A stretch of 64,000 nucleotides of DNA. Origin: Paludibacteraceae bacterium (GTDB lineage: Bacteria; Bacteroidota; Bacteroidia; Bacteroidales; Paludibacteraceae). Position 1 is the stretch's first letter. Each line of letters opens with the position of its first letter. The position numbers and the translations under genes are program-made. Where the stretch lies: NCBI GenBank assembly GCA_017559385.1, contig JAFYSK010000051.1, positions 25,778-89,777 of the forward strand. The letters run 5' to 3'. Shown here one piece after another: positions 33,753 through 44,157 of the stretch. Below the pieces are notes generated by a model, which was given only the letters and a program-made list of their open reading frames with translations, was not told the DNA's origin and did not search any database.

Positions 33753-35576
33753 ATGAAAAAGATATTTATTATACCTGCTCTTCTAGGAGCAATGTTGTTT
33801 ACAAGTTGCGAGAACTTTTTGGATATCAACAAAAGCAAAGACTCTGCAATTTCAACTTCTGTGGCTCAAGTGTTGCCTGTAGCAACATTCTATGCTTCAC
33901 AAATATGCTATGACCACGCTGAATATGGCGTGTACATGTGCCAAGCCCTCACTACTGGTGGTAAGAGCCAAACTGGTTCATATCCATATAGTCAAGGTTG
34001 GGAGTTCCTCGGTGTAAACCGTCACCCAATGTGGCGCCGTCACTTCTATGACCTCGGCGCGAACATCCAAAAGATGAACGAGATCGCAGAGGAAAAAGGC
34101 AACTATAATGCTATCCTTATCGGTCGTACCGTTATGCTCATGTCAACCATGTTGACTACCGATGCATTCGGTGATATGCCTCGTTCACAAGTTTATCAAA
34201 GCAACTCTCCTCGTTATGATACTCAAGCAGAGGTGTATGAGTGGATGTTCCAAGAGGTTGATGAACTTCTCAAACTCTATCAAGATCCTACTTGGACCAA
34301 TGCTCCTACTAACCTTCTTATCAGCCAAAAGATGGATCGCATCTATGCTGGTGATTTGAGCAAGTGGGAAGCTTTCTGCAAAGGTCTCAAAGCGCGCCTC
34401 TGGTTGCGTAAATTGCCTAACTGGGACAATACTCCAGCTGTTTGCCAAGAGATCGTTCGTCTCGTTGACGATGCACTCGCTACATGGGAAGAGCCTCAAT
34501 ATCACTACCCAGGTGGTGTGACTGAGTCTAACTGCCCTTGGGGACCATATGCTCCTAAGATCAACTCTTGGGAGAGCCGTGACAACCGTCTCGCTTCTTC
34601 AATCCCTACTACTTTCTTCTTGCATGGCATCTTGGGTGGTATAGATGGACAATATCAACTAAGTCGTGGTTATGCGCTCGATCCACGTGCTGCAAAAATC
34701 ATGGAACCACGTAACGACAAAACTGGTATGTTGCACCTTGAGAGCAATATAGGTATGGATATCAATAATACTATTGCTGATTTCCCAGATCTTCTTACAC
34801 AAAGTGCTAAAACCAACCCATTAACCTCTAACACAGGTTATATTCCTTTGATGATGACCGAAGAGTTGATGTTCATCAAGGCTGAGGCACAATATTGGGC
34901 TGGTGATCGTGCTGGTGCTTATAATACAACTGTTGAGGCTACTAAGGAGAGTATGAAGCGCTACGGTATCGTTGAATCTCAATTGGAGGATACCGACCCT
35001 AGCAAATACAATGGTGGTGCGCTTGATCAATATCATCGCTTCTTCAATATCAAGTTGCCAGGTGCTGACAAGTTCACTATTGCAGACCTTATGCAACAAA
35101 AGTATGTGGCTATGTATCTCCAACCAGAACAATGGACCGATATGCGCCGTTACAACTATTCTTCTACCGCTAATGGTATAGCATATGCACTACCAGGACA
35201 AGCTCCTGTGTATGTGTATGACGTGAAGAATGTACACGATGGTTCTGTTAAAATGTTTGCTGCTGACTCTGTTAACTTCAAACTATCTTATTCTTTGCAT
35301 CGTCCATTTAACCTTTATGAGGCTTACTGGTGTACTCCAGATGACTATGGTAAAAATGCGAACCTCTCTCCTAATGCTTGGGTAAACCGTCTCAATGCGG
35401 ATACTGAGACCGAAACCAAGTACAACAAGAAAGAGCTTGATCGTATGGGTTACTATACCACCAATGCGGCTGGTGAGAAAATCCTCGATTACCGTATCTT
35501 GAAAAAACGTATGATTTGGGCACAAAAGAATCCTAGTGTTGTTCAGTGTGCTGATGACGATATCGTTTGGATGTAA
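33753..35576 (+). CDS. SusD/RagB-family nutrient-binding lipoprotein
   Basis: Lipobox LFTSC followed by ENFLDI, with the expected size and position after SusC. Confidence 0.9.
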   Translation: MKKIFIIPALLGAMLFTSCENFLDINKSKDSAISTSVAQVLPVATFYASQICYDHAEYGVYMCQALTTGGKSQTGSYPYSQGWEFLGVNRHPMWRRHFYDLGANIQKMNEIAEEKGNYNAILIGRTVMLMSTMLTTDAFGDMPRSQVYQSNSPRYDTQAEVYEWMFQEVDELLKLYQDPTWTNAPTNLLISQKMDRIYAGDLSKWEAFCKGLKARLWLRKLPNWDNTPAVCQEIVRLVDDALATWEEPQYHYPGGVTESNCPWGPYAPKINSWESRDNRLASSIPTTFFLHGILGGIDGQYQLSRGYALDPRAAKIMEPRNDKTGMLHLESNIGMDINNTIADFPDLLTQSAKTNPLTSNTGYIPLMMTEELMFIKAEAQYWAGDRAGAYNTTVEATKESMKRYGIVESQLEDTDPSKYNGGALDQYHRFFNIKLPGADKFTIADLMQQKYVAMYLQPEQWTDMRRYNYSSTANGIAYALPGQAPVYVYDVKNVHDGSVKMFAADSVNFKLSYSLHRPFNLYEAYWCTPDDYGKNANLSPNAWVNRLNADTETETKYNKKELDRMGYYTTNAAGEKILDYRILKKRMIWAQKNPSVVQCADDDIVWM

Positions 35577-35609
35577 TTTAATATTCACGAATTTATAACT
35601 TTTGAAAAT

Positions 35610-36704
35610 ATGAAAACAATATTCAAAACACTTGCACTTGGTTTGTTGCTCATCGCTACTGCATCATGCGAACAACATGATCCATTTGATGAGAATACCA
35701 TTACTGGTGCTATAGGACCTCACGCATATTGGACTATTGAAAGTAGTATGGTCAAAGCAGGTGAGACTATGGGCTTCGTAGGCCAATATTACTCAACTGT
35801 TGATCGCGATTATATCGATCACTCAGAGGTTTGGTACGAACTCTTTGAAGTGGAAGATAAAGTGGTTACTGCTTCACTTATCAAAGCTTTTACATACAGT
35901 GTAACTAGCAATATCACAGCTCAAAAGCGTATGTTGCAAACTATCCAATCATACCCACACTCTGAAGATATGTATAGCGATTCTTTACGTGCTTATGTAT
36001 TGGAGGACCGATTCCCTGTTAGTAACACATTGTCTCCTATTACTTGGGCGCAACCTACTGACACTGTTGGTTTCAACAAGAACCTTTATGCTTACTTTGG
36101 CGAGAACTTCGCTGCAGAATTCAAGGCTGGTGTGACAGCTAAAATGAATCCTTCAGAGGAAGAACGTAACTATGCTGCTTATATGAACGTTATCCAAGGT
36201 CTAAGTCTTCTTACTGATACCATCGTTACTGCTAACGGTGATCGTATGCCTTACGTTCAATGGATCACAGACTCAACCTTCAATGCTAACACTAACACTT
36301 GGGTGAAAGGTTTCAAACTAAATGATACTGTTTGGAGTAAGGTTAATTTTGATACCATTGGTTTCAAGGTAGATTCTACACCTATCAAAGAAGGTCGTCC
36401 ACCTGTAATCGTAGGATATAAATATGATACTACCCCTATACTGAAACCAGTGGTTGAAGAAGTAATCTATGTTTATCCACAAATCAAAAATGCGATCGAT
36501 AGCGTTTGGGAGAACCACGTATCATTCTATGACTTGATCCAAGGTGCTGATGGCTACTCTATTGGGTACAAACGTGAGTACTACATCAATGCAGAGCTCC
36601 GCGTTTATGATCGCAAGGGATTTGTTGAAGGTAAGGATACTCCTGGAGCGTACACCGGTGGTACATATAGTAAGACCGATGAGAAAAAGATTTCAATTAA
36701 CTAA
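35610..36704 (+). CDS. PUL-associated surface lipoprotein, function unknown
   Basis: Lipobox ATASC. It occupies the position typical of SusE/F-like accessory proteins. Confidence 0.65.
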   Translation: MKTIFKTLALGLLLIATASCEQHDPFDENTITGAIGPHAYWTIESSMVKAGETMGFVGQYYSTVDRDYIDHSEVWYELFEVEDKVVTASLIKAFTYSVTSNITAQKRMLQTIQSYPHSEDMYSDSLRAYVLEDRFPVSNTLSPITWAQPTDTVGFNKNLYAYFGENFAAEFKAGVTAKMNPSEEERNYAAYMNVIQGLSLLTDTIVTANGDRMPYVQWITDSTFNANTNTWVKGFKLNDTVWSKVNFDTIGFKVDSTPIKEGRPPVIVGYKYDTTPILKPVVEEVIYVYPQIKNAIDSVWENHVSFYDLIQGADGYSIGYKREYYINAELRVYDRKGFVEGKDTPGAYTGGTYSKTDEKKISIN

Positions 36705-36733
36705 TAAGTCTAATTTTGATAATACACAAAAAT

Positions 36734-38458
36734 ATGAAACGAGATTTTTTGAAAATGCTATTCATAGCACTTCTCCCTCTCTTTGCAGCGTCTTGTGTTC
36801 CAAACGTGCCTGAAGAAGAGGTGCTTCCAAGAGATGCGGTTTCTTTTGAATATTATATCGATCAAAATACAGATTCTAAATACTATTTGGATTTCTATGT
36901 TGATTCTGATATTACTTTCAAGAATACTTCTCCAGAAACTACTGTTGGTGAGCCAACATGGGACTTTGGTGATGGTACCGTTGAAACTGGCAATAATGTA
37001 ACTCACTTCTATGCAAAAGCCGGCACATATACCGTTAAACTTACCATTGGTGACTTCTCTGCTAAACAATCTATCATGATCGCGCCTATCAAACCTATCG
37101 TTAAGGTTGTATATGCTGATGAGGTTTGCGAGGTACGTAGCACTCCTGTTACTTTTGAGGTAGAGTTGCCTAACCCAAAGAACAAACCAGCTACATTCTA
37201 TTGGAGCTTCCCAGAAGATACAAAGAATCAAAATGATGAGGATTATGCTAGTTATGAAGGAAAAGGTGTGAAAGATCTTCCTGCTCCAGTAAAATTCTCT
37301 CACGTTGGTTCACAACAAGTACAACTTAACGTGAAACTTGGTGAGGACGATCTTGAGCCTACTTTCCTCAATGTGCAAGTGGCATATGATAAGGAAGTTC
37401 CAACTCTCTACTATGCTGTTGCTGGTGGCCCTATCAAGGCGCACAAATTGGCTAACGATGCTCCAGCTGATATGAAGATCTATTCATATGACCTTGGTGT
37501 AGCTTCTGGTCAACACCCATTGAATATCCTCTTCCATGACTCTCTGCTTTATGTTTTGGACGCAGGTAAACAATTCTACTATGTAAACGATGTAAATGGC
37601 GTTTTGGGTGATGGTAAGATTTCTGTTATCTCTAAAGATGGTAGCAAAGTTCAAACCATGATTTCTAATGCTGACCAAGCTGCGTTTGATGATCCATTCT
37701 ATGGTTGCATCGATGGCGACTACCTCTACTACGCTAACCGTAATACTGGTATAATCAAAGTTCCTTTGACAGATCGTGACAAAGTGTATAGCGTAAATGA
37801 TTATCCTTATTGGGTTCAAAATAATACTTTAGGTTACTATGCTAATGGTATTGCTTATGGTGCTATCGGTGGTATGTTTGGCAAAATCAATGGTATATGG
37901 CACTGGACTAAATTCTATAACGGTAATGGTATTTTCCGCTTTGAGGAAGGTGATATCCAACCTAAAGCTGTAGATGGTTCAGACAAGACTCTCATTCCTA
38001 AAGCTGGTATTATGCTTGAGAGTATGTGGCACAAGTCTTTTGCATATGCAGCTAAGAGTGCAACACCTAAACTCGTATTGCACATCATGGATGTAGGCTA
38101 TAATGGTGTATATGCTGCTACCTACGACGAGTTTAATGCTGTAGGTTCATCTAAAAATAGCATGAAACCTTATGCTGTGACTTACAATGGTATGATGTTT
38201 GAGAGTAATACAGCAGGTAACTTAGCGTCTAAGGAAGGTACTGGTACCGAATCTATTGGTATTTGCCAAATGACTTATGACGAGGTAAACGACTGTGTAT
38301 ATTTCGCTTATCGTAATAATGCTCCTGGCGGCGCTGGTAAATTCCCAGCAAGTGGTATCTACTCTTATCATGTAGCAACTGGTACCGTAACTTGCCTCGT
38401 TGAAGGTGTAGAAGCATACGGTGTAGCAGTAAATAATACTCCTTCTAAATTGTTCTAA
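36734..38458 (+). CDS. Lipoprotein with a PKD domain and a beta-propeller-like C-terminal region
   Basis: Lipobox FAASC and PKD signature WDFGDGTVETGNNVTHFYAKAGTYTVKLTIGD. I chose the ATG at 36734 over the TTG at 36716. Confidence 0.75.
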   Translation: MKRDFLKMLFIALLPLFAASCVPNVPEEEVLPRDAVSFEYYIDQNTDSKYYLDFYVDSDITFKNTSPETTVGEPTWDFGDGTVETGNNVTHFYAKAGTYTVKLTIGDFSAKQSIMIAPIKPIVKVVYADEVCEVRSTPVTFEVELPNPKNKPATFYWSFPEDTKNQNDEDYASYEGKGVKDLPAPVKFSHVGSQQVQLNVKLGEDDLEPTFLNVQVAYDKEVPTLYYAVAGGPIKAHKLANDAPADMKIYSYDLGVASGQHPLNILFHDSLLYVLDAGKQFYYVNDVNGVLGDGKISVISKDGSKVQTMISNADQAAFDDPFYGCIDGDYLYYANRNTGIIKVPLTDRDKVYSVNDYPYWVQNNTLGYYANGIAYGAIGGMFGKINGIWHWTKFYNGNGIFRFEEGDIQPKAVDGSDKTLIPKAGIMLESMWHKSFAYAAKSATPKLVLHIMDVGYNGVYAATYDEFNAVGSSKNSMKPYAVTYNGMMFESNTAGNLASKEGTGTESIGICQMTYDEVNDCVYFAYRNNAPGGAGKFPASGIYSYHVATGTVTCLVEGVEAYGVAVNNTPSKLF

Positions 38459-41004
38459 TGAAATTTATTCATAAAATATCTATTCTTGCTCTTGGCTTGT
38501 GCATGGCGCTTACGCTCCATGCACAGCCCAAGCGTGAGTTTCGTGCCTCATGGTTAACCACCGTGTGGGCAATCGATTGGCCTAATCCACATAGCCAAGC
38601 TGATGCTGCTGGCCAATTGAAGCAACAAAACCACATGATCTCGCTCATCAAACTCCACGAGAAGGCTAACCTCAATGCGGTCTTCTTCCAAGTACGTGGT
38701 TTCTGTGATGCGATGTATAAATCTGAGTACGAGCCTTGGAGTCAGTACCTCACAGGTACTCGAGGTGGCGAACCTACCTACGATCCTCTCCAACTCGTCA
38801 TTGACTCTGCCCACGCACGTGGTATTGAGGTACATGCGTGGCTCAACCCTTATCGTTATGCTTCTTCGGATGCTACTTACGGTAAGAATCACTCTAAGGA
38901 CTACTACAATACCCACCCAGAGTGGCTAGTTAAGTGTGGTGATATCACTATCCTCAATCCATCCCTACCTGAAGTGCGCGAGCAAATTTGCAAGGTAGTT
39001 GTTGACATCGTTAAGAACTACGACGTGGATGGTATTATCTTCGACGACTATTTCCATCAATCGGGTTATCAAAACTCGTATGATGATGCACAATATAATG
39101 CGTACAAGGACACAGCGGCTAATGCCATGTCTCGTGCAGACTGGCGCCGTGCACAAAACAATCTGATGGTGCGCATGGTTAATGAGGCTATCAAGGCTAC
39201 CAAACCTTGGGTCAAATTTGGTATCGGTCCTGCGGGTGTAGCAGGTAAGGCCAATACTTCTGCTCCTGTCTATGGCGTTGAACCTTGTCCTACTCCTTCA
39301 TCCGACTGGCAGTACAACCAAATTTATGCAGACCCTCTAGCATGGTACAACGAGAAGACCATCGATTATATGGCTCCTCAAATCTATTGGACCATCAGTT
39401 CTTGGGCCAACTATGATGTGATTTGTAAATGGTGGTCAGACATGGCTTGCCACTTCAATCGTCACATGTATGTGAGCCATAGCCTAAGTGCAATGGTAAG
39501 CGACAATGTTACATTGTCTAGCGGTCAATTCCATAAAAGTGAGATAGGCGCACAAATTGAACTCAATCGCCTTTACGATCGCATGGACGCCCCAGGTAGT
39601 TGCTGGTATGGCTTCTCTACAGGTATGTCCACCAAGGACTATTTCAACTACATCGAGTCTGATGTCAATACCAATGCAGCGGTAGTTCCTCAAATGTCTT
39701 GGCTCTCCACCAATGAGTGCCTCTACGTGAGCAATATCACCAAGTCGGGCAACAAACTGACTTGGAAAGCACCTAAAGAGAATCTCCGTTATGCAGTATA
39801 TCAAATCCCTACATCAGAGATTGGCAAACCAGGCGTAGCATATTCTAGCCAATATCTACTAGGTACTACTTATACCACAGAGTTTAATGTGGCTAATAAG
39901 TTTGCTTTGGATGCTTCTATTCCATTGGTTTATGCCGTGGCTGTATTGGATCGTTATGGCAACGAGCACCCTGCACGCACGATGGATAATACCTCATGGG
40001 GCAAGTCGCCTGTGGCGGAAATTACGTATCCTCTGAATAATGATGCTGCCCTCATGCCATGTAATGTGACATGGAAACCTGTCACGGGTGCTGACTCATA
40101 CTTCTTCCAACTCTCTAAGTCTGCTGACTTCTCTGAGATTGATTATGAGTACGAGGTTTCAGAGCCTACATTCTATTTGGGCAAGATCTATTGGCTCAAA
40201 TCCGATGGCACTTACTACTGGCGCGTGCGCACACGTAGTATAAATAAGGAAGATTCATTTACTGGGGTTCATTCCTTTAACGGATCTTATTTCCGTATGC
40301 AAAACCCTGCAGAAGGTGACACCCTAGACTTTGTTACTCCTACCTTCGTATGTGACAAGGTTAACTACTCAGAGGTTAAATACACCTTCGAACTCTCCAC
40401 TTCAGCCAAATTTGATGAGGCTTCTATGCTACACGTAGGTACTTCATCTACCAATAGCTACCAACTGCCATTTGATCTATTGGCTTCTCGTGATTATTAT
40501 ATCCGCGCAACAGCTGCATTCAATGGTATGGAGGTAATGACTACTACTACCAAGTTCCGCACCAAAGCACAATATGTGCCAGTTCCTGTCATCACATGGC
40601 CTACTAATGGCTTGAATGTCGCAGGTCAAGATCTTAAAGTGGTTTGGAAGAAACAAGCGTCATCCGGTTTCCAAGTGGAACTCAGTACTTCCAAATCGTT
40701 TGCGCCTCGTAATACTACGAAGATTCGTCTAGATGATCCTGCTGCAACATCTACCACTACCACTCTCAAAAGCGGTAAATGGTATATCCGTATGCAAGCT
40801 GTTGCCGAAGGCGGTTATACTGAATCTTCTAACGTGGTTGAAATTAATATGGGCGTTGATGGAGGTGTCAATGGATTGGAAGATCCTACTGCGGTTGAAG
40901 ATATTACTGTTTCTACCACTCCAACAAAGATCGTAGAGAACGGATATGTATATATCCTTCGTGATGGCAAACGCTATAACTTACTTGGCAATCACGTACA
41001 ATAG
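38458..41004 (+). CDS. Glycoside-hydrolase-like family 10 (GHL10/DUF187) protein with Ig-like repeats and a short conserved C-terminal tail
   Basis: REFRASWLTTVWAIDWP...GIEVHAWLNPYR... is typical of GHL10. SPI signal peptide. TAATG overlap with the upstream gene. Confidence 0.82.
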   Translation: MKFIHKISILALGLCMALTLHAQPKREFRASWLTTVWAIDWPNPHSQADAAGQLKQQNHMISLIKLHEKANLNAVFFQVRGFCDAMYKSEYEPWSQYLTGTRGGEPTYDPLQLVIDSAHARGIEVHAWLNPYRYASSDATYGKNHSKDYYNTHPEWLVKCGDITILNPSLPEVREQICKVVVDIVKNYDVDGIIFDDYFHQSGYQNSYDDAQYNAYKDTAANAMSRADWRRAQNNLMVRMVNEAIKATKPWVKFGIGPAGVAGKANTSAPVYGVEPCPTPSSDWQYNQIYADPLAWYNEKTIDYMAPQIYWTISSWANYDVICKWWSDMACHFNRHMYVSHSLSAMVSDNVTLSSGQFHKSEIGAQIELNRLYDRMDAPGSCWYGFSTGMSTKDYFNYIESDVNTNAAVVPQMSWLSTNECLYVSNITKSGNKLTWKAPKENLRYAVYQIPTSEIGKPGVAYSSQYLLGTTYTTEFNVANKFALDASIPLVYAVAVLDRYGNEHPARTMDNTSWGKSPVAEITYPLNNDAALMPCNVTWKPVTGADSYFFQLSKSADFSEIDYEYEVSEPTFYLGKIYWLKSDGTYYWRVRTRSINKEDSFTGVHSFNGSYFRMQNPAEGDTLDFVTPTFVCDKVNYSEVKYTFELSTSAKFDEASMLHVGTSSTNSYQLPFDLLASRDYYIRATAAFNGMEVMTTTTKFRTKAQYVPVPVITWPTNGLNVAGQDLKVVWKKQASSGFQVELSTSKSFAPRNTTKIRLDDPAATSTTTTLKSGKWYIRMQAVAEGGYTESSNVVEINMGVDGGVNGLEDPTAVEDITVSTTPTKIVENGYVYILRDGKRYNLLGNHVQ

Positions 41005-41006
41005 AC

Positions 41007-41083
41007 GCACTATTCACGCACAATAAATGCACAATAAATGCACAATAAATGCACAATAAACGCACAATTGACGCACAATAATG
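41007..41083. repeat. Seven tandem 11-mers (GCACAATAAAT variants)
   Basis: Counted unit by unit. It starts 3 nt after the GHL10 stop. Confidence 0.9.
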
Positions 41084-41309
41084 ATATGATTCCTGATAGA
41101 TAACCGAGGTAGAGGTATCACTAAGAAGTCCAGCAGCCGCGCAGCGGTGGTCTAACAACAAAGTGGTCCAACAGCCGAAGGCGGTCTTTCAGCGAAGCGG
41201 TCTTAAAAAATAAACAACACAATTTAATTACTTAACGCAACCGAGGTCCACCGTGGACGTGTCCACAACGGATGAGGAAGCAATTTATTAACCAAAAAAC
41301 AACAAATTT

Positions 41310-43772
41310 ATGAAAAGATTTTCAATCTTTTTTGCAGCTCTTTTTGTAGCTGTGACTTCATTTGCTGCCGTTTCTTATGAGTTGAACGGTGGTGTGACCA
41401 ATGACGACAATTGGTTGAGCAAAGGTGACATGTGGACAGCTTTCTGCGCTGACGCTGGTATTACCACTTTGGGTACTCTAGAAGAGGTAAAGGCTCTTGG
41501 TGACCCTTACTCTGCAATCTGTACTCCTCTTGCCACAGCTAACGCTCAGGCTATTCTTGACAATGCAAAATGGGACTGGCTCGAGGCTTACATCATGCAA
41601 GTTCAAAATGCTGACGCTGCTGCTACTGTTCTTGCAGAGGGTACTTCTGGCGCAGGTTGGCGTTATGCTTTTGCTGCTTTCTTCTTGGAAGGTAAACGCG
41701 CTTCATGGCCTGTATCTACAGACTTTGCTGTAGCTGGTACTCCAGAGGCTTTCATCCCATCCTGGAAACACGCTTTCGCTAACCCAACTGAGCCTACAGC
41801 TGAGTGGGTGTTGAACGCTCCTTACTACGAGGGTAAAACTTTCGACGGTTGGTACGCTGCTGCTGACTTCTCTGGCGACAAAGTTGTTAAAATCGACGCT
41901 ACTACTACTGGTACTCTCTACGCTAAATGGGTAGAGTATATCCCAAGTGTAGTTGAGGTTCGCGCTTTGGCTGACGATACCGAGACCAAGGTTTCTGGTG
42001 TTGTTAACTTCATCTCTGGCAAGAACATCTACATCCAAGACGCTACCGCTGGTATCCTTGTTTACACACTTGAGACTCCTAACTGCCAAGTAGGTGACAA
42101 GATCGTTGCTAAGGGTGTGAAAGTTATGTACGGTGGTGCTCCTGAGGTTAAGAGCGCTGTTATTGAGTCTACTGAGGCTGCTTCTGTAGCTGCTCCTACC
42201 GTATTCGAGACTTTGGCTGCACTTGTTGCTGACTCTCTCGAGCACAAATATTTCGCTACCAACGTTCAAATCGCTGGTGTAACTATCGTTGAGTACGATT
42301 CTTACAACAACCCAACTGTACAAGATGCTACTGGTGAGAAGGCTTTGTGCTACAAGATGGTACTTGATCCAGTTGCTTTCCCAATCGGTTCTAAAGTTAC
42401 TGTTACTGCTGTGGCTGGTTGGTACAATGGTTTCCAATTCGTTGGTGACGCTAAGAACATCGTTATCCCTGTTGCTGGCGTAGTTGAGGACTTCACATAT
42501 CCTGTTCGTCACGATGGTCGCTACTCTTTGAAGAACAACTGGGTAATCTCTAACATGGAGGATAACTATGCTGCTAACAAACCAGGTTCTAACGACTATG
42601 TTCGTGGTATGGCTGCTAGAAATGGTAAGATGTACTTCATCAACCGTGAGACTGAGTCTATCGTTGTTGTAGATGGTAAGACTGGTAACATGCTTGATCC
42701 TATTAAGCTTACTGGTGACCACCTCTTCCAAAAGGTTACAGGTACTGATTCTATTACAGGTGAGGCTACTTATGCTGCTGGTACTACCCTTCCTTTCAAC
42801 GATATCAAGTTCGACCAAGCTGGTAACTGCTTGATCGGTGCTTGTATGACAGGTGCTACTACATGCCAAACTTTCTTCATCTACGTTGTTGATCTTGAGA
42901 CTGGTGCTTGCACCAAGCTCATCGAGGACGTTCTCTGGGATAACCCAGGTTTGGATCAAGTACAATTCCGTTTCGACGCATTCGGTGCTGCTGGTGACGT
43001 AACCAAGAATGGTGTAGTTATGGCTGCTGATGCTAACGGTTCTTGGAACGTATATCGTTGGTTGATCACTGACGGTGTGGCAGGCGAAGGCGAGCAAGTA
43101 GCTGTTCTTCTTGACCCAGCTGTTGACCAATCACTCTATATCAATGCTGCTGGTTACGGTACAGCTCCTCAAATCTTCCCACAAGACGAGTTGGGTGAGC
43201 TCTTCTACGTAGACGGCTTCAACACATTGCCAATGTTGTTCTACGGTAACCCAGACGAGGGTGCTAACCTTATCGACGACTTCATCAACGTTCCTACTGG
43301 TGTTAAGGTTTGGAATAATGATGGTGACACTATTAAAATGAATGCAAACTTCAACGGTCTTGTTGAGTTCCAAGTAGGTGAGGAGTATTTCCTCTTGATG
43401 GTTGCTGCTAACAACACTCATAGCGTTCCTACTACTTACGCTCTCTACAAGTTCGCTGACGAAGACCGTGCATTCGCAGGTATGGAGCCACTTTGGTACT
43501 TCCCACACAACGGTCTTGGTACAACTACTATCGGTTGCCGTACAGCAACTCCTTCTGTTGACGTAGTTAGCGATACAGAGGCTACTCTCTACCTCTATGC
43601 TACCAACAATGGTTACGCTGCTTACACCTTGACTATCGATCCTACTATCATCTCTGCTGTAGAGGATGTTGAGACTGTTAAGGTTGAGGCTAAGAAGGTT
43701 ATCGAGAATGGCAACGTTGTTGTTATCAAGAACGGTGTTAAATACAACATGCTCGGTGCTGAGGTTAAGTAA
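41310..43772 (+). CDS. Secreted surface protein with an N-terminal Listeria-Bacteroides (InlB B-type) repeat and the conserved C-terminal tail
   Basis: SPI signal. YELNGGV...GKTFDGWY...GTLYAKW repeat signature. Codon usage is very strongly biased. Confidence 0.82.
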   Translation: MKRFSIFFAALFVAVTSFAAVSYELNGGVTNDDNWLSKGDMWTAFCADAGITTLGTLEEVKALGDPYSAICTPLATANAQAILDNAKWDWLEAYIMQVQNADAAATVLAEGTSGAGWRYAFAAFFLEGKRASWPVSTDFAVAGTPEAFIPSWKHAFANPTEPTAEWVLNAPYYEGKTFDGWYAAADFSGDKVVKIDATTTGTLYAKWVEYIPSVVEVRALADDTETKVSGVVNFISGKNIYIQDATAGILVYTLETPNCQVGDKIVAKGVKVMYGGAPEVKSAVIESTEAASVAAPTVFETLAALVADSLEHKYFATNVQIAGVTIVEYDSYNNPTVQDATGEKALCYKMVLDPVAFPIGSKVTVTAVAGWYNGFQFVGDAKNIVIPVAGVVEDFTYPVRHDGRYSLKNNWVISNMEDNYAANKPGSNDYVRGMAARNGKMYFINRETESIVVVDGKTGNMLDPIKLTGDHLFQKVTGTDSITGEATYAAGTTLPFNDIKFDQAGNCLIGACMTGATTCQTFFIYVVDLETGACTKLIEDVLWDNPGLDQVQFRFDAFGAAGDVTKNGVVMAADANGSWNVYRWLITDGVAGEGEQVAVLLDPAVDQSLYINAAGYGTAPQIFPQDELGELFYVDGFNTLPMLFYGNPDEGANLIDDFINVPTGVKVWNNDGDTIKMNANFNGLVEFQVGEEYFLLMVAANNTHSVPTTYALYKFADEDRAFAGMEPLWYFPHNGLGTTTIGCRTATPSVDVVSDTEATLYLYATNNGYAAYTLTIDPTIISAVEDVETVKVEAKKVIENGNVVVIKNGVKYNMLGAEVK

Positions 43773-43821
43773 TTCGCTAAGTTGTACTTAGGAGTTATAT
43801 AAACTCAAATAACCATAATCC

Positions 43822-43853
43822 AGGAGTGCGTCTTACGGCGCACTCCTTTTTTT
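43822..43853 (+). terminator. Rho-independent terminator
   Basis: aggagtgcg-tcttacgg-cgcactcct followed by ttttttt. Confidence 0.8.
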
Positions 43854-43905
43854 GTTTGTAGTATTTACGGAGGAATAATGGAGAGACTCATCGCTCCTCA
43901 TTTAT

Positions 43906-44019
43906 GTTCTTAGCCACAAGGGCACGATAGCGCTTCGCTCCTCCTTCGGAGTTCCTTCGGTCTTCCTTCGGAGTTCTTAGCCACAAGGGCACGATAACGC
44001 TTCGCTCCTCCTTCGGAGT
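43906..44019. repeat. Two 47-nt direct copies (period 67) of the dispersed GTTCTTAGCCACAAGGGCACGATA... repeat
   Basis: 43906-43952 and 43973-44019 differ at one base. Between them are TCCTTCGG words. Confidence 0.9.
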
Positions 44020-44103
44020 GGTAACGGAGAAGACAGGGTGGGAAAGTAGTGGGCATGTTGAAACTTTTTTTCGCAAACGTTTGTATATTTGAAAAAAAAG
44101 TAG

Positions 44104-44111
44104 TAACTTTG
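44104..44111 (+). promoter_or_regulatory. -7 box TAACTTTG
   Basis: 47 nt upstream of the ATG at 44158. Confidence 0.5.
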
Positions 44112-44157
44112 CGGGGTAATTTGTAAAATTGTATTATTACGTTAAATTTTATATACC

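Noticed and set aside
41703-43130. 475-aa minus-strand ORF
   Set aside because: It is antisense to the strongly codon-biased 820-aa gene. The absence of reverse-strand stops follows from the codon bias. The product is Ser/Val/Asn-rich and featureless.
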